A DNA stretch of 64,000 nt from Candidatus Latescibacterota bacterium (GTDB taxonomy: Bacteria > Latescibacterota > CBDEFO01), in contig CBDEFO010000008.1 of the NCBI GenBank assembly GCA_965237525.1, positions 640,001 through 704,000 on the forward strand, given 5' to 3'. Below are positions 26,645 through 35,844 of the stretch, in pieces (positions within the stretch are counted from its first letter, which is position 1; every line of letters starts with the position of its first letter). Position numbers and translations under genes: made by a program. The notes beneath the pieces are model-generated. The model searched no databases, was not told the origin of the DNA, and saw only the letters and a program-made list of their open reading frames with translations.

Positions 26645-26671
26645 TGAAATATTTCAGGTCATTCCCTCGTA
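26645..26671 (+). promoter_or_regulatory. Putative ECF (SigW-like) autoregulatory promoter
   Basis: TGAAAT-N17-CGTA just upstream of the ECF sigma gene, close to the SigW-type TGAAAC...CGTA consensus. Confidence 0.55.
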
Positions 26672-26693
26672 GTACATAAAGAGAGAAACGCCT

Positions 26694-27242
26694 ATGCCTG
26701 AGCAGAACGATATAACGCTTGTTAAAAGGACGCTAAAGGGAGATAAAAGATCCTTTGAAAGCTTAGTTGTGCGCTATCAAGTTCCCGTCTACAACATCGC
26801 CTATCGAATGCTTCAAAACAAAGAAGAGGCACAGGACATCGCTCAGGAAGCCTGGCTTAGATCCTACAGGTCACTACGGACATTTAAGAGAAATCTCAAA
26901 TTCAGAGTGTGGCTCTTTAAAATAACTACCAACCTGTGTGTCGATAGACTCAGAAGCGGAACAAATCGTACGGTCTCCACAGACGAGGAGGATGCACCTC
27001 AAATTCCAGACGACAAAGACGCCCCTGATGTGGAGTTAGAATCCAAAGATATAAGAATGGAGGTACAAAGAGCTATAAACTCGCTTCCAGAACATTACAG
27101 GTCGGTCGTAATTCTCAGACATTTACAGGACTGTGCGTACGAGGAGATAGCGGAAATACTTGACATACCGACAGGAACGGTGATGGGGAGACTGTTCAGA
27201 GCAAGAAAGATACTGCAGAGTACATTGAAAGATCTGATATAA
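26694..27242 (+). CDS. ECF RNA polymerase sigma factor (SigW/RpoE-like)
   Basis: 'EAQDIAQEAWL', 'FRVWLFKITTNLCVD', 'YEEIAEILDIPTGTVMGRLFRAR'. Confidence 0.95.
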   Translation: MPEQNDITLVKRTLKGDKRSFESLVVRYQVPVYNIAYRMLQNKEEAQDIAQEAWLRSYRSLRTFKRNLKFRVWLFKITTNLCVDRLRSGTNRTVSTDEEDAPQIPDDKDAPDVELESKDIRMEVQRAINSLPEHYRSVVILRHLQDCAYEEIAEILDIPTGTVMGRLFRARKILQSTLKDLI

Positions 27243-27257
27243 ACGGAGCATGTAAAA

Positions 27258-27815
27258 ATGCACAAGGCCATGGGGAACCATCTTCAAGCCTACATAGACG
27301 GGAGGCTTATAGAGCCTCAGCGAAAAGAAATCGAAAGACACATAGAAGACTGTCCATCTTGCAGAAAGGAATTAGAATCGTTGAGCAAAGTAATAACACT
27401 CACAGAGACGACGCCCCAGATAGCTCCGCCTGAAGATTTCGTCCAAAGCGTTATGGACAGGTTGCCCTACATATATGGACAGGAGAAAGTCCCCCTCCTC
27501 CAGCGCATCCTCGAAGTCGTCTTGAAACCCGCTGTGGCCTTGGCCTCGTTATTATTGCTGCTCGGATTGACTCTGATCTCATACGTCTATGTGATCGGTC
27601 CTTTAAATCTCGCATCGGAGATAGTCTCAGCGCTCCTTGGCATCCGCAACACCGCAGAAGCGCTGTTGCCATATATAAGGATCACCGCAGAGATCTCAGG
27701 CCTGTTCTCCAAGGAACTTACCATAGCGATGGGAATTGCCCTCTTTCTTTTCGGAGGGATTTTGATGAGATTTATAAATCTTGTAAATGGACGTGTTAAA
27801 ATCAGAAACCTATAA
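27258..27815 (+). CDS. Membrane-bound zinc-binding anti-sigma factor (zf-HC2)
   Basis: 'HIEDCPSC' motif and two TM segments; follows the ECF sigma gene. Confidence 0.88.
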   Translation: MHKAMGNHLQAYIDGRLIEPQRKEIERHIEDCPSCRKELESLSKVITLTETTPQIAPPEDFVQSVMDRLPYIYGQEKVPLLQRILEVVLKPAVALASLLLLLGLTLISYVYVIGPLNLASEIVSALLGIRNTAEALLPYIRITAEISGLFSKELTIAMGIALFLFGGILMRFINLVNGRVKIRNL

Positions 27816-27830
27816 ACAAAGGAGAAGGAG

Positions 27831-28817
27831 ATGAATAGGATCTTCATCGTCACAACGTTAGCCACAGCTCTATTCCTTATGGCATCTCAGGCCTTCGCCG
27901 CCAACGATATGGTAAGGTCGGGCCAGAATATAGTAGTTGAGGAAGGTGAAACAGTAAAAAACGTAGTCGTTATAGGCGGCTCCGTCAAAGTGAAAGGAAA
28001 TGCCAAAGATGTTGTGGCTATCGGAGGAAGAATTGATGTCCAGGGCCAGATCAGAAACGCTGTGGCCATCGGAGGGAGCGCGAGAGTCTCAGGAAAGACC
28101 AGAGATGTAGCAGCTATAGGAGGAAATGTCTATTTAGAAGCGGGAGCCGAGGTCAAAGACGTACTCTCAATAGGAGGACATATAGTAACTGACAGCACGG
28201 CAATAATAAGCGGAGACGTGATGGAAGTGGGGAATATTCAAGGCTTAAAGGCAATACTCCCCCCTATAGCACGCCGCGCATTTACGCCTGAAGGCAGGGA
28301 TAAGATTTCCGGTTTCCTTTTCTTCGCCAAAATCATTTACAAGATCACGGTCGCCCTGGTTGTCATAGCCCTGGGTGCACTCCTTATGATCTTCTTTCCC
28401 AGACATATCGAGAGCATATCCCATAACGCAAGAAACAGTATATGGCAGTCTGTACTTATTGGTCTTTTCGGATTGATATGCGTAGGTCCTCTTATGGTGC
28501 TCATTGGCATAACCATAATCGGAATACCCCTCGTGCCGCTTGTTGGACTTGCCGCTTTTGTCGCTATGTTCCTCGGATACATAGCTGTCACACTCGTAAT
28601 CGGCAAGGAGATACCTCTTAAAATAAAAGGGAAGTCCCCCATACTGGAGCTTGCAATTGGAGCCATAATCCTGGCGCTTGTGAACCAGATACCGTATCTC
28701 GGTTGGCTCACCCTGTCAGCGGCTATTGCCCTTGGATTCGGAGCTGTTCTTACATCCAAATTCGGGACAGTAAGGATAGAGACAGTAAGGGAGAACGGAG
28801 AGGCCCAGGCTTCATAG
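27831..28817 (+). CDS. Polymer-forming/bactofilin-like beta-helix protein with C-terminal multi-TM domain
   Basis: Signal peptide; repeated 'VVxIGG' units; TM domain with 'ITIIGIPL'. Confidence 0.8.
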   Translation: MNRIFIVTTLATALFLMASQAFAANDMVRSGQNIVVEEGETVKNVVVIGGSVKVKGNAKDVVAIGGRIDVQGQIRNAVAIGGSARVSGKTRDVAAIGGNVYLEAGAEVKDVLSIGGHIVTDSTAIISGDVMEVGNIQGLKAILPPIARRAFTPEGRDKISGFLFFAKIIYKITVALVVIALGALLMIFFPRHIESISHNARNSIWQSVLIGLFGLICVGPLMVLIGITIIGIPLVPLVGLAAFVAMFLGYIAVTLVIGKEIPLKIKGKSPILELAIGAIILALVNQIPYLGWLTLSAAIALGFGAVLTSKFGTVRIETVRENGEAQAS

Positions 28818-28886
28818 ACTCATTTTTCAAAATCCACAACACGCATTAGCCTTTCGGGAACAGCTACCGCACAAAGGAGGAGAAAG

Positions 28887-29348
28887 ATGAACTTCATACT
28901 TTTCCTGGGTCTTATAGCCCTGGGAGCGCTCCTTATAACCTTCCTTCCTCGACACGTCGAGAACGTATCCTACACCTTACGAAACAGTTTATGGCAGTCT
29001 GTACTTATAGGTCTGTGCGGGCTGATTTGCATAGTTCCTCTTATGGTGCTCATAGGCATAACCATAATAGGGATACCCCTTTTACCGCTTATCGGACTTG
29101 CCGCTTCTGTCGCGATGTTCCTCGGATACATAGCTATAACACTCGTCATCGGAAAAGAGATACCGCTTAAAATAAAAGAGAAGTCCCCCATACTGGAGCT
29201 TGCGATTGGACTCATAATGCTGACCCTCGTAAACCAGATACCGTATTTCGGCTGGTTCACCTTATCGGTGGCTCTTGTTCTCGGCTTCGGAGCTGTGCTC
29301 ACGTCCAAGTTCGGGACAGTAAGGACGGAAGAAGTAAGGGAGAACTGA
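28887..29348 (+). CDS. Membrane protein; tandem paralog of the C-terminal TM domain of the upstream gene
   Basis: Near-identical sequence ('SLWQSVLIGL...ITIIGIPL...FGAVLTSKFGTVR') with its own AAGGAGG RBS. Confidence 0.85.
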   Translation: MNFILFLGLIALGALLITFLPRHVENVSYTLRNSLWQSVLIGLCGLICIVPLMVLIGITIIGIPLLPLIGLAASVAMFLGYIAITLVIGKEIPLKIKEKSPILELAIGLIMLTLVNQIPYFGWFTLSVALVLGFGAVLTSKFGTVRTEEVREN

Positions 29349-29559
29349 GAGACTCAAGTTTCATAAAAACTGGGTGTGTAGACTGCCTTCTCGCGCCGGG
29401 CGGAGGAAACGTCCATCTTCCCAATCTTATCCCACCTTTGTCGCAGGAGACATCTCGGCGCTCCGATGTCAATCTGTGGGGCAAATCTGCCTAATTTTCT
29501 CGCCGATCCGAATCACGGTTAAGAGAATGACAATTTGTCTGCTGAAGGCACATGAGATG

Positions 29560-29830
29560 CACTCTTCTCAAAGTTGGAGAGAAGAGAGTCGAGGATCAAG
29601 ATTTTCTGTGGTTTGGTGTTGAATGGCTATTTGTAGAAGGGGTTCGAATTCTTCGTAGCTATTCTTTCTTTGGGAATTGAACATCCATTGATAGGCTTGG
29701 AGTTTCAGGCAAAGGTTCGATCGGTCAGTGGTCTGGAGAGTATTGTAGAATTCGCATTCGATCAGGCCGTGACGCGTTCGGCATCGGATTGGTTTGTAGT
29801 TGCTCTTTCGGGGTCCGTCTATGTTTGAGA
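29560..29830 (-). pseudogene. Degenerate C-terminal fragment of an integrase-core (rve-like) transposase
   Basis: Minus strand reads 'TTNQSDAERV/HGLIECEFY...YQWMFNSQRKNSY' across a 1-nt frameshift; boundaries approximate. Confidence 0.5.
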
Positions 29831-29850
29831 TCTCTTTATCGAAAATATAG

Positions 29851-29879
29851 TTGACATCGGCATGTAGTATTTTTATATT
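29851..29879 (+). promoter_or_regulatory. Sigma70-type promoter
   Basis: TTGACA-N17-TATATT. Confidence 0.7.
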
Positions 29880-29930
29880 TGAGTTACAATCGGCTTTGGT
29901 GATTTGAGGTTATCAGGAGATCAAGAGCGT

Positions 29931-30164
29931 ATGTCAAGGCAGTTGAAAGAGGATATCGTAAAGGAATTGATAGAAGATTCTTGGGGGAATTCCTCCCAAG
30001 GCACGCAGGATGTGGAGGAAATAAGGAGTTCTCCCATGGGGATCTTTATAAGAATGGAGGAGAAGGTAAGCGCGATAGAACAAGATGTTAGTTTTTCAAA
30101 GGATGAGGTCCTCACTACGCGCCAAAGTGCGGTCACAAAGGACGAGTTAAGGACAATCACCTGA
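29931..30164 (+). CDS. Short hypothetical coiled-coil ORF, possibly truncated
   Basis: ATG near an AGGAG RBS downstream of the promoter; no recognisable family. Confidence 0.4.
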   Translation: MSRQLKEDIVKELIEDSWGNSSQGTQDVEEIRSSPMGIFIRMEEKVSAIEQDVSFSKDEVLTTRQSAVTKDELRTIT

Positions 30165-30221
30165 CCTACAGGACATTTTTGCAGTGTTAAATATGGGGAT
30201 CATAATCGCCCGTTATTTGGG

Positions 30222-30865
30222 ATGCGATGGAAAGCGATAAAATTAGCCTGCCAGGAGAAGAAGATTCCGGGAGATGATCTAAAGGAGAGGCTTGAGAAGC
30301 TGCACCGATACGGGTATGAGGGGGTGCAGTTTCGCGGCAGCAATGTTGCGGAGAGAGAGGATGAAATCGCTTGCATCCTCTATACTCTATCTGTACAGGA
30401 TAGACAGGTTGTGCGCTCGGTCCGGATAAGGAACAGAGGGACCTTGCGGTAAAAGACATAAAGCGCCTTTTGGAGGCGAGTGCGAAGATAGGTTAGGATC
30501 AGCCCTTCTTTTAAAGCCCTTAAACAGGTACGAGTCCCACCTCTTGAATACGTTGGAGGACGCAGTCTATTACGCCAAAGAGATAAATAGCCCTGGCGTA
30601 AAGATAACGGCTGATTTTTCCACATGCACACAGAGGAAGGAGACACGCCCCAAGCCATAAGGCAGGCCGGTAGGTACATCCATCATGGCATCTTGCAGAC
30701 AACCCCAGACTCCTTCCGGGTTACGGGGATATAGATTTCAAGGCTGGTTTTGCGGCTCTCAAAGAGATCGGTTACGATAAGTACATGGCTATGGAATGTC
30801 GTATCCCGGGCGATCCTGAAATAGAGATCCCTAAATCCGCTCAATATCTGAAAAAGCAGATGTAG
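30222..30865 (+). pseudogene. Sugar-phosphate isomerase/epimerase (AP endonuclease 2 TIM barrel) pseudogene
   Basis: N-terminal 'KLACQE..IPG...GYEGVQF'; C-terminal pieces 'DFFHM', 'HLADNPRLLPGYGDIDF', 'GYDKYMAMEC' in broken frames. Confidence 0.8.
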
Positions 30866-30881
30866 GAGGTGCCGACTGTCT

Positions 30882-31421
30882 ATGGATAAAAGCGGAGTCC
30901 AAAAGGAAGCTGAGGATTGTTGGAGGAAGGCATACCAGATTCAGATGCAGGCTCATCAGGCTCAAAGTGAGGGCAGGGAGGAGGAGGCGCTTATATATTT
31001 TGAGGAAGCGATCAAGTACTACGAGCAATCCATAGACTTTTATCCCACCGGAGAAGCGCATACGTTCCTGGGGTGGAATTACAGTTTTATGGGAAGTCTA
31101 CACGAAGCGATAGGGGAGTGTAAAAAGGCAATAGAAGTAGATCCCGACTTTGGTAATCCCTACAACGATATAGGAGCTTATCTGATCGAGTTGGGAAGGT
31201 TCGATGAAGCTGTACCCTACCTCAAGAAAGCCATGGTAGCCAGAAGATACGAGTGCTATCACTATCCTCACTTCAATTTGGCAAGGATTCTGGAACTTCA
31301 GGGAGCCTGGCTTGAGGCCATTGAGGAGTACAAGAAAGCTTACGAGGAAGCTCTAACTGCAAATTATGACTACCCTGAAGCTAAATGGGCTATACTAAGG
31401 GTTAAGAGCCTGATGAATTGA
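30882..31421 (+). CDS. Tetratricopeptide-repeat protein
   Basis: 'EAHTFLGWNYS...EAIGECKKAIEVDPDFGNPYNDIGAYLI'. Confidence 0.9.
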   Translation: MDKSGVQKEAEDCWRKAYQIQMQAHQAQSEGREEEALIYFEEAIKYYEQSIDFYPTGEAHTFLGWNYSFMGSLHEAIGECKKAIEVDPDFGNPYNDIGAYLIELGRFDEAVPYLKKAMVARRYECYHYPHFNLARILELQGAWLEAIEEYKKAYEEALTANYDYPEAKWAILRVKSLMN

Positions 31422-31439
31422 AATGGGGAATAGGCGAGT

Positions 31440-32324
31440 ATGACTCTTGATCAGATAGATCTATTTGAGAGCGAAGATGAAAAAACCGTAACGGAGTCTA
31501 CGTTTGACCTTTCGAACTCCGACATAGAACTGAAGAAGTCCTTAGATTTGCTCTTTGAAAAGTACAACACGCCGGATTTCATACCGAACGATCCGGTCAA
31601 ATTCGTGCACAGATACTCAGACGATAGAGATCGCGAAGTCGCCGGGATGATTGCCTCTATTATGTCTCAGGGCAGGAGGACTAACATACTTTCAAGCTTG
31701 GAGAAGATATTCAGACAAATGGAAGATAGACCTTACAAGTTCGTAGCCAATTTTGATCCAAAAAGAGATATCGAGCGTTTTGAAGGCTTTTCTCATTTTG
31801 CGTATCGATTGATATTGGGCGACGACGTAGCGTGTGTGATCTATCTTTTGAAACAGGTCATAGAAAAATACGGGTCCATACAAGAACTCTTTATAAGGGG
31901 GCTCGATCTCTCAGATGAGACGATCAGGCCGGCTTTAACGAGGTTTGTCCAGAACATCTATAATCTGGATCCACTCCCAGGGACGGATGCGATTCCCCAA
32001 AGGGTCAAAGCATTGATCCCTTCTCCGGCCGGGGGCAGCGCATGTAAAAGGCTGAACATGTATCTGAGGTGGATGGTCAGATCGGACTGTGTTGATATTG
32101 GGCTTTGGGGAGAAGTTCCGACAAGGATGCTGGTCATCCCGATGGACGTGCACGTGTCCAGACTCTCCAGAACATTCAAATTGACTGAGCGCAAATCAAA
32201 CGACTGGAAAACCGCCGAGGACATCACAGATAGCCTGAGGAAGTTCGATAAGGACGATCCTGTAAAGTACGACTTTGCCATATTCGGCTTGGGTGTCTCA
32301 GCAAAAGAGTCATCCATTACGTGA
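31440..32324 (+). CDS. TIGR02757/DUF2400 family protein (HhH-GPD-related)
   Basis: 'DPVKFVHRY', 'SACKRLNMYLRWMVR', 'IPMDVHV', 'DPVKYDFAIFG'. Confidence 0.93.
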   Translation: MTLDQIDLFESEDEKTVTESTFDLSNSDIELKKSLDLLFEKYNTPDFIPNDPVKFVHRYSDDRDREVAGMIASIMSQGRRTNILSSLEKIFRQMEDRPYKFVANFDPKRDIERFEGFSHFAYRLILGDDVACVIYLLKQVIEKYGSIQELFIRGLDLSDETIRPALTRFVQNIYNLDPLPGTDAIPQRVKALIPSPAGGSACKRLNMYLRWMVRSDCVDIGLWGEVPTRMLVIPMDVHVSRLSRTFKLTERKSNDWKTAEDITDSLRKFDKDDPVKYDFAIFGLGVSAKESSIT

Positions 32325-32337
32325 AGGAGGATAAGAC

Positions 32338-32976
32338 ATGGCAAGCGACTTCAAGATGCTGAACATACTGAGGAAGATCCCCATGTTCGGGGAACTCTCA
32401 GTGGATGAGGCAAAGCTGGTGCTGAGCGCATGCCAGCAGAAGGAGTATGAGCCCAATGAGGTGATATTCAAGTACGGGGGAGGCAGCAGGGAGATGTTGA
32501 TTCTGATGTCTGGTGAACTGGACGTAAAGTCCCTCGGCGGTGTCAGCGTAGCTCAGATCAAACCTGGACAACTGGTAGGGGAAATGGGTGTCCTCACAGG
32601 AAAGATCAGGTCAGCTACGGTAGTTTCTTCAGAAAAGTCAATGGCGTTGAGCTTGAACACCGCCGAGTTCGACAGGTTGCTTAGAAAATTTCAGAAAATA
32701 GGTCTGAAGATATTCAAGAATATTGTGGACGATCTGTCTGACAAGATCAAAACAGGCAATGTCAATTTAGAGGGAAGCACCAAAAAGATGGAGCAGTTGA
32801 GCAACATCGTAGACTCGAGCACTATGGGGTGCTCTAGTGCTCTGTTGTTGGAGCACGCCGGCATCTGGGAGGAGAGTCAGGACCTGGATGCGGTTTTGAA
32901 GGAAGTATGTGGGGAGCCTGCTGAGTCAGATATCCAGACTACAAGGAGAAGCCAAAGGAGGAGTCACGAGGAGTGA
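32338..32976 (+). CDS. Cyclic nucleotide-binding domain protein (no HTH)
   Basis: 'LRKIPMFGEL', 'GQLVGEMGVLTGKIRSATV'. Confidence 0.88.
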   Translation: MASDFKMLNILRKIPMFGELSVDEAKLVLSACQQKEYEPNEVIFKYGGGSREMLILMSGELDVKSLGGVSVAQIKPGQLVGEMGVLTGKIRSATVVSSEKSMALSLNTAEFDRLLRKFQKIGLKIFKNIVDDLSDKIKTGNVNLEGSTKKMEQLSNIVDSSTMGCSSALLLEHAGIWEESQDLDAVLKEVCGEPAESDIQTTRRSQRRSHEE

Positions 32977-33434
32977 GCTATCTGCTGGATACAGACATAT
33001 GTGTGGAAATTTTGAGGAAAAACGAAGACGTTATCTCAAAGATTAAGGCCCTGGAAAAAGACGATAGGATCACCACGTCGGCTATAGCAGCGGTAGAGCT
33101 TTTGTCTGTTGCCAATGGGGCAAGTACCAACAAAGAACAGCGTCTGAGTCAGGTAGAAAACTTTTTGGAGGATGTCGGTGTTTTGCCTTTTGACCTTTCT
33201 GCAGCGGGTCAGTACGGGAAGATATGGGCGTCCTTAAAATTCGCGGGAGCAACACTGCCTGAGAGAGATTTAAGGGTGATCAGCATAGCCTTATCTATGG
33301 ATTTTGTTCTGGTCACACAAAAGGTGGACAGCTTCAGTCAGGTTAAGGACATTAAAGTGGAAGATTGGTCCTTCAGTGAGAAGGAGAATGAAAGTCAGAA
33401 GGAGAACGAAAATGGCAGTGAGGGTGGGAATTAA
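32973..33434 (+). CDS. PIN-domain (VapC-like) protein
   Basis: 'YLLDTDICV', 'AVEL', 'VLPFD', 'ERDL', 'LVT', 'VEDW'; GTGA overlap with upstream stop. Confidence 0.88.
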   Translation: MSYLLDTDICVEILRKNEDVISKIKALEKDDRITTSAIAAVELLSVANGASTNKEQRLSQVENFLEDVGVLPFDLSAAGQYGKIWASLKFAGATLPERDLRVISIALSMDFVLVTQKVDSFSQVKDIKVEDWSFSEKENESQKENENGSEGGN

Positions 33435-34410
33435 CGGATTCGGAAGGATCGGAAGATTGGTCTTCAGGGCAGCGATGGAACAGGGGGGGTGCTATGTCCT
33501 TGCTGTGAACGACATAACTGATCCCCATACTTTGGCTCATCTTCTGAAATACGATTCAGTGCACGGCAAATACCCAGGTTCGGTCGAACCCAAGGACGGC
33601 GCTATCGTTGTGGATAGGGCTGAGATCAAGGTCTTATCCGAAAGGGATCCGGCCAACCTCCCCTGGGGAGACCTGGGCGTGGATGTAGTCCTTGAATCCA
33701 CTGGCCTCTTCACAGAAAGAGAAAAGACATCAGGGCATCTGAAAGCAGGCGCAAAGAAAGTCCTCATATCGGCTCCGGCCAAGGGTGAAGACGTTACCGT
33801 AGTTCTGGGCGTGAACGACTCTGCGCTCAAACCCGAATATACGATAGTATCCAACGCCTCTTGCACCACCAACTGCCTTGCTCCTATGGTGAAGGTCCTA
33901 AACGATAACTTCGGGGTTCGGAAAGGATTGATGACCACGATTCATTCCTACACAAACGATCAGGCAGTTGTGGATCAACCACATAAGGATTTAAGGAGAG
34001 CCAGAGCATCCGCAGTCTCGATGATTCCTACTACGACAGGTGCCGCGGTTGCTGTCGGTAAGGTCATACCCGAGCTGAACGGAAAATTGAACGGAATGTC
34101 TGTGAGGGTCCCTACTCCTAACGGATCTCTGACAGATTTTGTAGCGGAGTTGAAAAGGAGCGCCACCGAAGATGAGGTCAATGAGGCGTTCAAGGCGGCC
34201 TCCCAAGGAGGCAGCCTGAGGGGGTATCTTTTCTACAGCGAGGAGCCGATAGTCTTAGCTGATATTATAGGCGATCCAGCTTCCTGCATCTTTGATGCGC
34301 CTTCGACCTGTGTTGTAGAGGACAACCTGGTTAAGGTAATAGGATGGTATGACAATGAGTGGGGCTATGCCAACAGATGCAGTGAGCTCATAAAATTGAT
34401 GGCCGATTAG
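33412..34410 (+). CDS. gap: Type I glyceraldehyde-3-phosphate dehydrogenase
   Basis: '[11 protein letters not shown]', '[12 protein letters not shown]', 'WYDNEWGY'; ATG at 33412 after AAGGAG. Confidence 0.98.
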   Translation: MAVRVGINGFGRIGRLVFRAAMEQGGCYVLAVNDITDPHTLAHLLKYDSVHGKYPGSVEPKDGAIVVDRAEIKVLSERDPANLPWGDLGVDVVLESTGLFTEREKTSGHLKAGAKKVLISAPAKGEDVTVVLGVNDSALKPEYTIVSNASCTTNCLAPMVKVLNDNFGVRKGLMTTIHSYTNDQAVVDQPHKDLRRARASAVSMIPTTTGAAVAVGKVIPELNGKLNGMSVRVPTPNGSLTDFVAELKRSATEDEVNEAFKAASQGGSLRGYLFYSEEPIVLADIIGDPASCIFDAPSTCVVEDNLVKVIGWYDNEWGYANRCSELIKLMAD

Positions 34411-34432
34411 TAAACTAGCAATCTTTAGAAAG

Positions 34433-34452
34433 CCCCGATACTTCAATCGGGG
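34433..34452. repeat. CCCCGATA-N-CAATCGGGG palindromic repeat family (5 copies in window)
   Basis: Copies at about 5043-5061, 34433-34452, 43129-43151, 56105-56125 and 58064-58084, all outside confidently called genes. Confidence 0.85.
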
Positions 34453-34603
34453 CAGGGCGCTGGCCCCCAACCCTGTATGCTCTCTGCTACGTTAGCAGGC
34501 TCCCTTCTGAAAAATGGCTTGCAGATTGCGGGGATTGTTATTATATTTGACAAGCACGCTATAGTAGAGGGGGAAAATTCTGGTAGAGGAGACTTGAAAC
34601 CAA

Positions 34604-34999
34604 ATGGTCACTTTTTTCATAATTGTTCATCTTTTGGTAAGTGCAGCCTTAGTTATCTCTATCCTCCTTCAGTCCGGAAAGGGTGGAGGACTGTCGGGGG
34701 CATTCGGTGGATTGGGTGAAGCGGGGGCAATATTAGGTGGGAGAGGGACCGCTACCTTTCTTAACAAAGCTACCGTAGTCTTGGCAATTGTCTTTGCTCT
34801 TAACTGTTTCGTCCTTGGCTACTTCTATTCTCAAGGCAGCCAAGTTCAAACCGTAACAGAAAGGGTGCAGGGAGGAGGAGGCAGATTTTTCCCTCCCGCT
34901 GCTCTTCCTGATGTGACAGAGGGCCAAGAGCCAGGGTCTCCAGCTCAGACAGGGGGAGCTGTAGAATCGGAAATCCCCCAAACCTCAGAAACCGAATAG
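34604..34999 (+). CDS. secG: Preprotein translocase subunit SecG
   Basis: 'ILLQSGKGGGLSGAFGG...FLNKATVVLA'. Confidence 0.95.
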   Translation: MVTFFIIVHLLVSAALVISILLQSGKGGGLSGAFGGLGEAGAILGGRGTATFLNKATVVLAIVFALNCFVLGYFYSQGSQVQTVTERVQGGGGRFFPPAALPDVTEGQEPGSPAQTGGAVESEIPQTSETE

Positions 35000-35140
35000 G
35001 TAACTTTTACCTCTCCCCAAGTGGTCGGCTCGGTCAACGTTGTGCCTCCGTTATACTCCCAAATATTCCCTCCCGTTGGAGTGATTAGAGTGCCTTAGGA
35101 TCGATCTCCGGTGCTCCTATTCATCGCTAAACCCACAGGG

Positions 35141-35584
35141 TTACGTAAAAAATCGGGAATTGCTTATTCTGATCTTTACAGAGAGATCGTTTATAACATT
35201 TCTTAACATCTTGAGACCTATATTGTGGTATTTTCTGAGCAGTCTGTCGAACTCCGCGGTGTTCAAGCTCAGTGCTATTGACTTTTTTGAAGAAACTACC
35301 GTCGCTGACCTGATCGTTCCCGTGAGGATGCCCATTTCCCCTACCAGTTGTCCAAGGTTAATTTCAGCTATGTTAAGGTCGCCGCTAGGCCCCCTTACGT
35401 CCAGTTTGCCCGACATGAGGATCAACATCTCACTGCTGCCTCCCCCGTATTTGAATATCACCTCATTGGGCTCATAGTCCTTCTGCTGGCATGCGCTCAG
35501 CACGAGTTTTGCCTCATCCACAGAAAGTTACCCAAACATGGGGATCTTTCTTATCATGTTCAGCATCTTGAAGTCGGTTGCCAT
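35141..35584 (-). pseudogene. cNMP-binding protein; inverted paralog of 32338-32976 with a premature stop
   Basis: 'MATDFKMLNMIRKIPMFG*LSVDEAK'; GAA changed to TAA at 35528-35530. Confidence 0.85.
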
Positions 35585-35662
35585 GTCTTATTCTCTTTCA
35601 CGTAACGGATGGCTCTTCCCCTAAAACAGTGACGTCAACCCCCAAACATCCAAACTGGAGAT

Positions 35663-35691
35663 AATATACGACGATTCCAACGCTTTGTCAA
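35663..35691 (-). promoter_or_regulatory. Sigma70-type promoter upstream of the duplicated cNMP gene
   Basis: TTGACA-N17-TATATT on the minus strand. Confidence 0.65.
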
Positions 35692-35844
35692 CCTTTTTTA
35701 TCTTAACATATTTATTTTACAATAAGTTAGTATTCATAAACTATTCCATAAATACTATATAAAAAGAAAGCCCGCCATTTCTGACAGACTCTGTGTTCGA
35801 GTATCTCCGACCGTTCTACATTTAGAGCATCTTTACACATAGGA

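Noticed and set aside
33304..33411. N-terminal extension of GAPDH in the ORF track
   Set aside because: Overlaps the PIN gene; the ATG at 33412 has a good RBS and gives the canonical N-terminus
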